Source: an uncultured virus (IMG/VR IMGVR_UViG_3300038415_000352) (lineage: Duplodnaviria; Heunggongvirae; Uroviricota; Caudoviricetes). Taken from it: DNA of 64,000 nt. Below are positions 30,579 through 37,748 of this stretch, piece after piece; position 1 is the first letter of the stretch; each line of letters opens with the position of its first letter. A program made the position numbers and the translations under genes. The notes beneath the pieces were generated by a model. The model was given only the letters and a program-made list of their open reading frames with translations, did not search any database and was not told the DNA's origin. The stretch lies in IMG/VR virus record IMGVR_UViG_3300038415_000352; one strand, 5' to 3'.

Positions 30579-31189
30579 ACCGTGGGCCGAACCCTCTAAC
30601 GGCGGGGTTCTGGGAACGGGCCGAGCGGTATAACGCGACGTTCGGGAAGCTCTACCCGGGCTCGAAGTTCCATAACGACGATAACCGAATCGTCGCCGCG
30701 ACGTGGTTTACGGGGAACGACTACCGGAACCGCTCGCGGCTTTACGGCGCGTACCCGCCGCAGTTCCTCCCGCGGGTCCGGTCGCTCTTCGAGGACGTTC
30801 CCCCCGAGCGGGTCCTCCATCTCTTCGCGGGTTCGGTCGTTCCGCTACCGGGCGAGGTCACCCTCGATGCGAGCCCGGAGTTCCGGCCGACAGTTATCGG
30901 GGACGCCGAGGACGTCGCGGTTCTATTCGGGAAGAAGTTCTACCTAATCCTCGCCGACCCGCCGTACTCACCCGCCGACGCCGAGAAGTACGGAGCGAAG
31001 ATGCCGAACGTCCCGAAGGTCGTCTCCGCCTGCGCCGAGATACTCGAGCCCGGCGGCTACCTTGGCTGGCTCTCTACGACGTGGCCTATGTTCTCAAAGG
31101 AGCGGCTCTCGCTCGTCGGCCACGTCGCGATTATCCGCTCGACGATGCACCGGACCCGGAGCTGGTTCGTCTTCCGGAGGGTCGCTTAG
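30572..31189 (+). CDS. small N6-adenine methyltransferase-like protein
   Basis: YGAYP, VLHLFAG, ILADPPY. Confidence 0.8.
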   Translation: MVDRGPNPLTAGFWERAERYNATFGKLYPGSKFHNDDNRIVAATWFTGNDYRNRSRLYGAYPPQFLPRVRSLFEDVPPERVLHLFAGSVVPLPGEVTLDASPEFRPTVIGDAEDVAVLFGKKFYLILADPPYSPADAEKYGAKMPNVPKVVSACAEILEPGGYLGWLSTTWPMFSKERLSLVGHVAIIRSTMHRTRSWFVFRRVA

Positions 31190-31483
31190 ATGGCGGCGAA
31201 GAACGGCGCTCCGCCGAAGAGGAATAACGGCTGCGCCCACGAACGGACGGTGGTCGTCTCCCCGCTCTCGTGGCAGTGGACCCCGAAGGGCGTCCGCGCG
31301 AAAGGACGTTGTATCGATTGCGGCTTCGAGGGAATGGTCCTTTCGGAGGGAACGGTACGGGGACTCTCGGCGGCGAGCCTCCGCTGGAATACGGATAACG
31401 TGACCGAGACCGGCCGCGAGCCGGTCGACCCGCTCGTCGGGAGCCCTTCCCTAATCGCCGAGACGAAACGGAGGCGGAGGTAG
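31190..31483 (+). CDS. zinc-ribbon protein
   Basis: CAH...CIDCG; TAGATG coupling. Confidence 0.55.
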   Translation: MAAKNGAPPKRNNGCAHERTVVVSPLSWQWTPKGVRAKGRCIDCGFEGMVLSEGTVRGLSAASLRWNTDNVTETGREPVDPLVGSPSLIAETKRRRR

Positions 31484-31903
31484 ATGCCCGTAAACCGGAA
31501 GCGCGACGCGACCCGCGGGAGCGGCTACGAGAAGCGTATCAAGCTCCTTTGGGAGAAGGAGGGCTATCTCGTCCACCGAGCGCAGCGGGCCGCCGTCTTC
31601 CTCGGCCCGGGACGGATGTTCTCGCGTCGGGTCGACCTCTTCGGGTCGTTCGACCTCGCCGGCCTACGCCGCGGTCTACCGGTCCGTCTCGCGCAGGTCG
31701 GGACGCTTACGAACCGCTCGCATAAGCGGGAGCAGATAGAGCCGGCGCTCGCCTACGTCGACCCGAGCGATGGACGGACGCTCGTCGAGATTTGGTCGTG
31801 GGGAAAGTACCGGGACGAGGGCTACGGATTCCTCCGCGAGGTCTATACTTCCGAGGGCTGGAAGCTCGCCGGTTTCGTCCCCTCGAAAGAGGTACCGAGG
31901 TGA
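31484..31903 (+). CDS. Holliday junction resolvase-like PD-(D/E)XK nuclease
   Basis: RGSGYE, GYLVHR, DLFGSFDL, LAQV. Confidence 0.7.
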   Translation: MPVNRKRDATRGSGYEKRIKLLWEKEGYLVHRAQRAAVFLGPGRMFSRRVDLFGSFDLAGLRRGLPVRLAQVGTLTNRSHKREQIEPALAYVDPSDGRTLVEIWSWGKYRDEGYGFLREVYTSEGWKLAGFVPSKEVPR

Positions 31904-31910
31904 GCTAGGA

Positions 31911-32111
31911 ATGGGCGATTGGCGTTGGCAGTACGGTCCCGCGCCCTGCCCCGAGTGCGGGAACTCGTTCCCGACGATAGGAGCGATGGTCGGCCACCTC
32001 CAGCGAGTGCACCGGGTCTTCGACAACCGGAGGATATCGGAGATAGCGTGGAAGCTACGGCTCGAACTCTCATCGGGTTCGGTTCGTCTTCCCATAGCGA
32101 ACGGGAGATAG
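31911..32111 (+). CDS. C2H2 zinc-finger protein
   Basis: CPECGNSF.....VGHLQRVH. Confidence 0.7.
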   Translation: MGDWRWQYGPAPCPECGNSFPTIGAMVGHLQRVHRVFDNRRISEIAWKLRLELSSGSVRLPIANGR

Positions 32112-32113
32112 CG

Positions 32114-32500
32114 ATGGCCTGCGAGCGGAGGCTGGTAAACCGACGCTATATCGACCGCCTCCGCCGCCGTCTCTACCGGGCGCGTCGGGACCGGTGCCTC
32201 GCCTGCTGGGTACGTCGGTCGCTTGCGCGTCTCGAATGGGCGCATCGCCGTCCGACCGGGCTTAATGGATGGGGAAGGGGACGCCTCGACCGTCTTATGG
32301 ACGTAAAGAGGCATCCGCGCGCCTACGCTCTCCTCTGTAAGGACTGCCATAAGCTCTTCGATACGGACGTCCTCCACGCCCCCTCGAAGGGGCAGGGCTG
32401 GCGATGCGACCTCCTCGCTCCTACCGAGCTACGCCGTATCCTACGGTACGCCGACGCGGACGTAGGGTATAGTATCGGCTCTTCGCCTGACGTCTCGTAG
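32114..32500 (+). CDS. HNH endonuclease-like protein
   Basis: CLAC...LEWAH...LLCKDCH. Confidence 0.75.
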   Translation: MACERRLVNRRYIDRLRRRLYRARRDRCLACWVRRSLARLEWAHRRPTGLNGWGRGRLDRLMDVKRHPRAYALLCKDCHKLFDTDVLHAPSKGQGWRCDLLAPTELRRILRYADADVGYSIGSSPDVS

Positions 32501-32591
32501 AAATACTAGGACGTCTCTCCGACGTTCGATGCCGAAGTTCGACCCGGGGCAACAGCGGGGGGCCGGAGAGAATCCCGGTCCGCATCCGCAT

Positions 32592-32665
32592 ACCCCCGTA
32601 GAATAACTCGGCAAGTTCACCGGGCTCTGGCCCCGGTAGTAAGGGTTCGAATCCCTTCGGGGGAA
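32592..32665 (+). tRNA. tRNA-Gln(CTG)
   Basis: Cloverleaf; loop CT-CTG-GC; A1.A72 mismatch. Confidence 0.9.
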
Positions 32666-32670
32666 CCTCT

Positions 32671-32743
32671 ACTCCCGTGGAGTAACAGGAAAGCCCATCG
32701 GGCCTTGGACCCGAAGGTGAAGGTTCGAGTCCTTCCGGGAGTA
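32671..32743 (+). tRNA. tRNA-Gln(TTG)
   Basis: Loop CC-TTG-GA (C33); A1-U72. Confidence 0.9.
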
Positions 32744-32744
32744 T

Positions 32745-32816
32745 GGCCTCCGTAGTGTAGCGGTTGCATAGCGGACCGTGAATCCGCGGGGCCGGGTTCA
32801 ATCCCCGGCGGAGGCC
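32745..32816 (+). tRNA. tRNA-His(GTG)
   Basis: Loop CC-GTG-AA (C33); encoded G-1 and C73. Confidence 0.9.
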
Positions 32817-32827
32817 CTTTTCCTGAG

Positions 32828-32912
32828 CGGAGGGAGGGGGATTCGAACCCCCAACTCGCCGAAGCGAGACGGGCTTAGCATGCCCGCGCCGTACCGATTG
32901 GGCCATCCCTCC
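32828..32912 (-). tRNA. tRNA-Ser(GCT)
   Basis: Loop AT-GCT-AA; long variable arm; G73. Confidence 0.9.
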
Positions 32913-32922
32913 ATCGCGCGAG

Positions 32923-33005
32923 TGGTCGGGGCCGGACTCGCACCGGCGACGTTTCCTTCGTAGCGCCTCTTGGGGGCGCCGGCGTCGCTACTGACCCACC
33001 CGACC
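32923..33005 (-). tRNA. tRNA-Leu(CAA)
   Basis: Loop CC-CAA-GA (C33); long variable arm; irregular D arm. Confidence 0.75.
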
Positions 33006-33008
33006 GAA

Positions 33009-33084
33009 CGCACCCGAGGGGATTCGGACCCCTGTTCTTCCGCGTTCGAAGCGCGGCGCCATTTCCAAGCTAGGCGACGGGTGC
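33009..33084 (-). tRNA. tRNA-Arg(TCG)
   Basis: Loop CT-TCG-AA. Confidence 0.9.
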
Positions 33085-33096
33085 ACGGCGGTCGAG

Positions 33097-33171
33097 CGGG
33101 CTCGAGGGGATTCGAACCCCTAACCTCCACCTTCGCGGGGTGGCGCAATATCCGAGTTATGCGACGAGCCC
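33097..33171 (-). tRNA. tRNA-Arg(GCG)
   Basis: Loop CC-GCG-AA (C33); GCG anticodon is archaeal-type. Confidence 0.9.
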
Positions 33172-33178
33172 GGTCGAA

Positions 33179-33262
33179 TGGAGGGAGCAGGATTCGAACC
33201 TGCGATGTTTCCTCGTACGGGGTTCTAGGCCCCGCGCCGTCACCGGACTGAGCCACCCCTCC
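33179..33262 (-). tRNA. tRNA-Leu(TAG)
   Basis: Loop CC-TAG-AA (C33); long variable arm; A73. Confidence 0.9.
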
Positions 33263-33449
33263 GTAGGAGGGGGCCCGTCGCCTACGGAGATAACCGTAGA
33301 CGACGCAGGAGGAGCGGACCGCACCGCAATGGATTACTTCGCCGAGGGTCCTGCTTCATCTGACGGAGCTACGCGAGTTCTCGTACTTATAGATAGCGCG
33401 ACTCTGACTAATCGAACCTATGTACTAGGACGAGACGTCTAGATACCTA

Positions 33450-34007
33450 ATGTCGATTCGGTCTTCGGAGCGCCGGCGTCAATACCAGCGATTATGGAGA
33501 AGGATACACTACTCGAAGGACCGTAGGGTCGTCGAGGCGGCGATTACGGAACTACGTACGAACTTCGCCGAAGTACAGAGGCTGTCTCCTACGGAGGCGA
33601 AGCGCCGACGGGTTCTTCGGGCTAGGAACTGGAATAAGAGTCATCGAGAATGGGCTCGTAATTGGTGGCGGTCTCGGCGCCTTTCGATTCGTCTCAGGGT
33701 CCTCGAGCACTACGGAGGTCGACCTCCTAAGTGCGAGTGTTGCGGCGAGAGGCACCTCGCCTTCCTTACTATCGACCATATAAGGGGAGGCGGTTCGAGG
33801 GACCGGGACCGGAACGGTTACAAGTACTCGGGCTCGAGAGGATATGCTCGCCTGGTCCGAGAGGGATTCCCAAAAGGTTTCCGAGTTCTATGCTATAACT
33901 GTAACTGCGCGGAGCAGTTCGCGGGCGGGTGCCCCCATAGGAGTATGGGGCGACCCGGATTTGAACCGGAGTCTCGGCGTTCCAAGCGCCGGAGCCTACC
34001 AGACTAG
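33450..34007 (+). CDS. freestanding HNH (homing-type) endonuclease inside the tRNA array
   Basis: CECCGE...LTIDHI..GG, VLCYNCN...CPH; 3' end antisense to tRNA-Pro. Confidence 0.85.
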   Translation: MSIRSSERRRQYQRLWRRIHYSKDRRVVEAAITELRTNFAEVQRLSPTEAKRRRVLRARNWNKSHREWARNWWRSRRLSIRLRVLEHYGGRPPKCECCGERHLAFLTIDHIRGGGSRDRDRNGYKYSGSRGYARLVREGFPKGFRVLCYNCNCAEQFAGGCPHRSMGRPGFEPESRRSKRRSLPD

Positions 34008-34018
34008 CCTATCGCCCC
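33946..34018 (-). tRNA. tRNA-Pro(TGG)
   Basis: Loop CT-TGG-AA. Confidence 0.9.
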
Positions 34019-34031
34019 GGGATTACGGGGG

Positions 34032-34106
34032 TGGGCTCGGCCGGATTCGAACCGACGTCCCTCGGTCTGGAGCCGAGTGTCCTGAACCGGACTAGACGAC
34101 GAACCC
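34032..34106 (-). tRNA. tRNA-Trp(CCA)
   Basis: Loop CT-CCA-GA; C9 and U11-A24. Confidence 0.9.
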
Positions 34107-34121
34107 TTTGCGGATGCCGAA

Positions 34122-34207
34122 CGGTAGCGGCAGGATTCGAACCTGCAAGTTCCCGAGGGAACAGCGGTTTTCGGGACCGCCGAAATACCTGATTATCCGA
34201 CGCTACC
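34122..34207 (-). tRNA. tRNA-Ser(CGA)
   Basis: Loop CC-CGA-AA (C33); long variable arm; G73. Confidence 0.85.
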
Positions 34208-34380
34208 TCGCGGTCTAGTAGGGCTCTATCGCCAACGGAGCGATGAGCCGAGACTAGACCGCGAAAGCGGTGGGGGGAGAGGGCCGCGTCGATAGTTCCG
34301 TAGCTCCATTTCGGTCCTCTCCTTCGGCGTACCTTAGGTATCGAGTCGAGGGAAGCGCGGGTATATCTAACTACCGAGAG

Positions 34381-34453
34381 TGCGGACGCGGGGATTTGAA
34401 CCCCGACCTTCGCGTTGGAGGCGCGAGGTCCTGCCGGATTAGACGACGTCCGC
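34381..34453 (-). tRNA. tRNA-Gly(TCC)
   Basis: Loop CC-TCC-AA (C33). Confidence 0.9.
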
Positions 34454-34462
34454 ATAGTCGGA

Positions 34463-34534
34463 TGGCCCTTCCCGGAGTTGCGCCGGGATTTGGTCTTTGT
34501 AGGAGACCCGCCCTCGCTGTTAGACTAAAGGGCC
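34463..34534 (-). tRNA. tRNA-Val(TAC)
   Basis: Loop CC-TAC-AA (C33); atypical T loop CGCAACT. Confidence 0.8.
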
Positions 34535-34549
34535 GACCGAGCCCGCGAA

Positions 34550-34622
34550 TGGACGCGCGGGGATTCGAACCCCGATTTTCGGAGTTGCGGACTCCGCCGT
34601 TTTCCGATTAGCGTACGCGCCC
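34550..34622 (-). tRNA. tRNA-Ala(CGC)
   Basis: Loop TC-CGC-AA (C33); G3.U70. Confidence 0.85.
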
Positions 34623-34878
34623 GCTCCCGGGCGGACCGACCATTGGTCCTTCCTCCTCCCGAGGTACGAGCGCTGCCATCGAAAGGACGAGGATACTCGT
34701 CCTACTTAGAGGCTTCGAGAAGTTCGCAGGAACCCCCGGCCCAGCAGTACCGTTCCGGATTTCGCCGGACCGTCTGTCCCCGGGCCCGAGGTCCCGTTCA
34801 GGATAGGGAACGTTCGGGTAGATAAACTCTACGAGGAATTATGTAGAGGGAGCGCTCCTACTCGGCCGAAGAGGTGAA

Positions 34879-34951
34879 GGGTCCGTGGCGTCAATGGTAG
34901 CGCACCGGGCTCTTAACCCGCGAGGTGCGAGTTCGAATCTCGCCGGACCCA
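34879..34951 (+). tRNA. tRNA-Lys(CTT)
   Basis: Loop CT-CTT-AA. Confidence 0.9.
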
Positions 34952-34979
34952 CTCGCCCCGCTAAGGCTCGTATCCCGAT

Positions 34980-35050
34980 CCCGCCGTCGTTCAATGGTAG
35001 GACCGACGGCCGTAGACCGTCAGATGCCCGTTCAACTCGGGCCGGCGGGA
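34980..35050 (+). tRNA. tRNA-Tyr(GTA)
   Basis: Loop CC-GTA-GA (C33); C1-G72 and short variable loop (archaeal type). Confidence 0.9.
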
Positions 35051-35104
35051 CTACGCTAGGCTATCGCGAGCGAACGAGCCTCCGAGATTGAGCGCGGCCT
35101 CCGC

Positions 35105-35178
35105 GCTCCTCTAGTCTAACTCGGTAAGGATGCGGGGTCCTCGGCCCCGCGGTGCGCGTTCGAATCGCGCGAGGAGCA
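35105..35178 (+). tRNA. tRNA-Glu(CTC)
   Basis: Loop TC-CTC-GG (C33). Confidence 0.9.
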
Positions 35179-35184
35179 TTATAG

Positions 35185-35255
35185 GGTTCCGTGGTTCAGC
35201 GGTAGAATCCTCCGTTGTCGGCGGAGGGACCCGGGTTCAACTCCCGGCGGAACCG
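35185..35255 (+). tRNA. tRNA-Asp(GTC)
   Basis: Loop TT-GTC-GG; G73. Confidence 0.9.
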
Positions 35256-35294
35256 ATTTATTCTAGGAGACGTATCGCGCTGCGATGTCGCAGT

Positions 35295-35408
35295 CCACCC
35301 GTTCTTCGGAGTCGCCCGGCGTACGGCCGGTGGTACTCCCCCGCGGTCGGGGCAAGACCGCTACGCTAGCCGCGGACGGAGAGATGGTAGGCCCCGTCGA
35401 ACGGGTGG
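35295..35408 (+). ncRNA. putative structured non-coding RNA (multi-branch) within the tRNA operon
   Basis: 10-bp closing stem CCACCCGTTC/GAACGGGTGG enclosing three hairpins. Confidence 0.45.
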
Positions 35409-35443
35409 GCCCACGAACCGACCCGGGCCCGTTTAAACCGTAG

Positions 35444-35516
35444 GCTCTCGTAGTCTAGTCGGAAAGGATACCGCGCCTTCGACGCGGCGGTCCGAGTTCG
35501 AATCTCGGCGAGAGCA
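35444..35516 (+). tRNA. tRNA-Glu(TTC)
   Basis: Loop CC-TTC-GA (C33). Confidence 0.9.
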
Positions 35517-35525
35517 TTCATCCGC

Positions 35526-35598
35526 GGGTTCGTAGCTTAATCGGTAGAGCACCCGGCCTTTAACCGGCGAGACGAGGGTCCAAATCCCTCCGAGCCCA
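35526..35598 (+). tRNA. tRNA-Lys(TTT)
   Basis: Loop CC-TTT-AA (C33). Confidence 0.9.
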
Positions 35599-35601
35599 CT
35601 C

Positions 35602-35672
35602 GGGGGTCTCGTCTATTAGGAGGACTCCGTGCCGAAGACGCGGAAAAGCCGGTGCAAGTCCGGCGGCCCCCA
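35602..35672 (+). tRNA. tRNA-Phe(GAA)
   Basis: Loop CC-GAA-GA (C33). Confidence 0.85.
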
Positions 35673-35710
35673 CCTACCTAATTTATACTAGGCCGAGTAT
35701 AGCCGCTACG

Positions 35711-35935
35711 ATGCCCGCGACCGTCGAGCGAGTCTTCGAAGTAATCTTGAAGTCGAAGGAGGGCGTTACGGCTGACGAGGTAGCGAGCGCGCTCGGTATC
35801 GAACGGAAGGTAGCGACGTTCCTTATCCTCGACCTCGTTACCGCGAAGCGCGTCGAACGGGCAGGGTTCCGGGAAATCGTTCGGCCGACCGCGACGTCGA
35901 AGGGGCTCGCTGCGGCGTTCTTCCGCGCTTCGTAG
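35711..35935 (+). CDS. winged helix-turn-helix protein
   Basis: GVTADEVASALGI...LDLV..KRVER; leaderless after TTATACTAGG. Confidence 0.75.
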   Translation: MPATVERVFEVILKSKEGVTADEVASALGIERKVATFLILDLVTAKRVERAGFREIVRPTATSKGLAAAFFRAS

Positions 35936-35976
35936 TCGCGTTACGTTACTTATACTAGGGACGCTAATCCCGCCGT

Positions 35977-36159
35977 ATGCCCGCCGATAAGGTTACCGCG
36001 AACGCGAGCGGCGTCGAAATCCCCGACTATATCTGGAAGAGCATGTCGAAGGCCCAGCAGAAGAGCGTAACCGACGCCCTCGTAGTCGTCTACGACTCGA
36101 TGGCGAAGGTCTCGAAGATGATGGTCCGAATCGTTAAGGAGCAGGTCGACTCGTCGTAG
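35977..36159 (+). CDS. hypothetical protein
   Basis: ATG 17 nt after TTATACTAGG. Confidence 0.65.
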   Translation: MPADKVTANASGVEIPDYIWKSMSKAQQKSVTDALVVVYDSMAKVSKMMVRIVKEQVDSS

Positions 36160-36257
36160 GTTCTTTATCCTAGTCGGGCTCTCGGTAGTTCGGAACTACA
36201 CCGATGACGCCTCGAACGAATAGTCGGATACGGCGCGGCCCGCTGATTACGCAGGGC

Positions 36258-36332
36258 GGGCGCGTCGCATAGTAGCTACTGCGCCGGGCTTATAACCCGA
36301 AGTGGACGGGGGTGCAATTCCCTCCGCGCCCA
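36258..36332 (+). tRNA. tRNA-Ile(TAT)
   Basis: Loop CT-TAT-AA; A73. Confidence 0.85.
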
Positions 36333-36340
36333 TACATTCT

Positions 36341-36412
36341 GCAGGCGAGTCCCCACGGCGGGGAACCGAGCTGTTAACTCGGCCGTAGTACGTTCAACTC
36401 GTACCGCCTGCG
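36341..36412 (+). tRNA. tRNA-Asn(GTT)
   Basis: Loop CT-GTT-AA; G73; A8. Confidence 0.85.
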
Positions 36413-36419
36413 CTTCGTC

Positions 36420-36490
36420 GGGCGTATCTTCTATCGGAAGGAAACGAGGCTGATATCCCCGGAAGCGAGGTTCGACTCCTCGTACGCCCA
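36420..36490 (+). tRNA. tRNA-Ile(GAT)
   Basis: Loop CT-GAT-AT; one mismatch in the anticodon stem. Confidence 0.85.
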
Positions 36491-36504
36491 TCGGAGCGCT
36501 CGGA

Positions 36505-36575
36505 TGCGGTCGCCGGGAATCGAACCCGGTTCTCCTCGATGGCGACGAGGGGTCCTACCGGTAGACTACGACCGC
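36505..36575 (-). tRNA. tRNA-Gly(GCC)
   Basis: Loop TC-GCC-AT (C33). Confidence 0.9.
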
Positions 36576-36581
36576 GCGGAG

Positions 36582-36669
36582 CGCCCTCGGTGGGATTCGA
36601 ACCCACGTTGCGACCTTTCGGTCTACGGCTTAGAAGTCCGTTGCCTCGTCCGAGCTAGGCTACGAGGGC
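36582..36669 (-). tRNA. tRNA-Arg(TCT) with extended variable arm
   Basis: Loop CT-TCT-AA; variable hairpin GACC-GAAA-GGTC. Confidence 0.85.
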
Positions 36670-36728
36670 ATGCCGTCGGCCCGCCGACCGACCTTCCCTC
36701 TTCGCCTCTCGAGCGCGTTCATCTTCGA

Positions 36729-36799
36729 TAGCGGAGGAGAGAGTCGAACTCCCGTCTCGGGCTTATGAGGCCCGTAGGCTTCCGTTGTCCCACCCCGCT
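36729..36799 (-). tRNA. tRNA-Met(CAT), initiator-like acceptor stem
   Basis: AGCGGGG with A1-U72; loop CT-CAT-AA. Confidence 0.9.
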
Positions 36800-36851
36800 A
36801 GGCTCCGAGAGAGCGGAGGTCCTAAATAAATCCCCCGTTCTTGACTCGAGC

Positions 36852-36922
36852 GGGCCTCTAGGCTAATGGAAAACTCCGTCGTTGGCGTCGACGGGTTCGG
36901 GGTTCGAGTCCCCGGGGGTCCA
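36852..36922 (+). tRNA. tRNA-Ala(GGC)
   Basis: Loop TT-GGC-GT; G3.U70. Confidence 0.85.
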
Positions 36923-37037
36923 CTCCGAGAAGAGGGTCGCTAAACGGGGAGGCCGCTACACCCCCGCGCCTTCCGAGGCGGTAGCGCGTCTCGGTCGGCG
37001 CCTATCTCGTCGTCGTTTCGACGACCGTCCAGCACCC

Positions 37038-37253
37038 TTACGGGCTGGAACTCTTAGGTCGGTCCCCGTACATGTAATCTCCCTCGTGGTGCCCGAGCGC
37101 CCGGAGATGGCCGCGGAACGAGCGGCCTCGGGTATTCGAGTTCCTCGCGCGGGAGCGGAAGCCGCAGTCCGCGCAGACCCTCCCGGTTCGATGGATTCAG
37201 GGCTCGCGCTCTAGGAGCGGTACGACGGGATTCCCTACGCCCTTCGCGAGCAT
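37038..37253 (-). pseudogene. C2H2-like zinc-finger ORF interrupted by in-frame TGA (pseudogene or readthrough)
   Basis: MLAKGVGNPVVPLLEREP*IHRTGRVCADCGF...FRGHLRALGH; TATTTACA box about 25 nt upstream. Confidence 0.45.
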
Positions 37254-37284
37254 CGTTATCGACGAAGGCTCCTCTTGTAAATAG

Positions 37285-37355
37285 AGCCACCGACGGGAGT
37301 CGAACCCGCATCCCCGGCTTACCGTACCGGGATTCGTCCGCCGAACTGCGGTGGC
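37285..37355 (-). tRNA. tRNA-Thr(GGT)
   Basis: Loop AC-GGT-AA (C33); U73; C8/G14. Confidence 0.85.
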
Positions 37356-37362
37356 ATAGGAA

Positions 37363-37433
37363 AGCCCCGGAAGGGAGTTGAACCCTTCTGGACGGTTTTG
37401 CGGACCGTCGCGTATCCGACCTGCCCCCGGGGC
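37363..37433 (-). tRNA. tRNA-Cys(GCA)
   Basis: Loop CC-GCA-AA (C33); U73; G8. Confidence 0.85.
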
Positions 37434-37434
37434 A

Positions 37435-37505
37435 TGCCGCCGGAGAGATTCGAACTCCCACCGACGCTTTACGGAGGCGCCAGACTCCCGTTATCCTACG
37501 GCGGC
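37435..37505 (-). tRNA. tRNA-Thr(CGT)
   Basis: Loop TC-CGT-AA (C33). Confidence 0.85.
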
Positions 37506-37509
37506 GCAG

Positions 37510-37581
37510 AGCCGCTCTTCGGATTTGGACCGAAATCCCCGACTTACAGGGTCGGGATTCTAACCGTTGAACTAGAGCGGC
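37510..37581 (-). tRNA. tRNA-Thr(TGT)
   Basis: Loop CC-TGT-AA (C33); U73. Confidence 0.9.
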
Positions 37582-37748
37582 GGGGGCGAATGGCCTACCG
37601 GCTCTCTGTAAGCCGACAGGTAGTAAGTCGCGTTCGCCCGTGCCGCATACGTAGCTCGCCCGAGGAGCGAGCTAGGGTATAAACCTCGCGACGCGCCGTT
37701 CCTCGTCCGAAATAGGTTACATATACTAGGCTCGCCTATCCCGTTCCG

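Noticed and set aside
32528..32590. tRNA-like element GATGC...GCATC with a T-arm-like GGAGAGAATCCC
   Set aside because: No proper D arm or anticodon arm could be built; at best a degenerate tRNA or leader hairpin.
33179..33262. Possible amber suppressor (CTA visible in the loop)
   Set aside because: The 5-bp stem places TAG at positions 34-36, and the long variable arm with A73 fits Leu.
33270..33360. Hairpin CGTCG-CCTACGG/CCGTAG-ACGACG and nearby stems (also 34700-34800 and 36176-36242) as ncRNAs
   Set aside because: Plausible, but stems of this length are common at this GC content and no family could be recognised.
32421..37682. Many ORF-track entries overlapping the tRNA array
   Set aside because: They are translations of tRNA genes; only the HNH gene and ORFs with their own promoter were kept.
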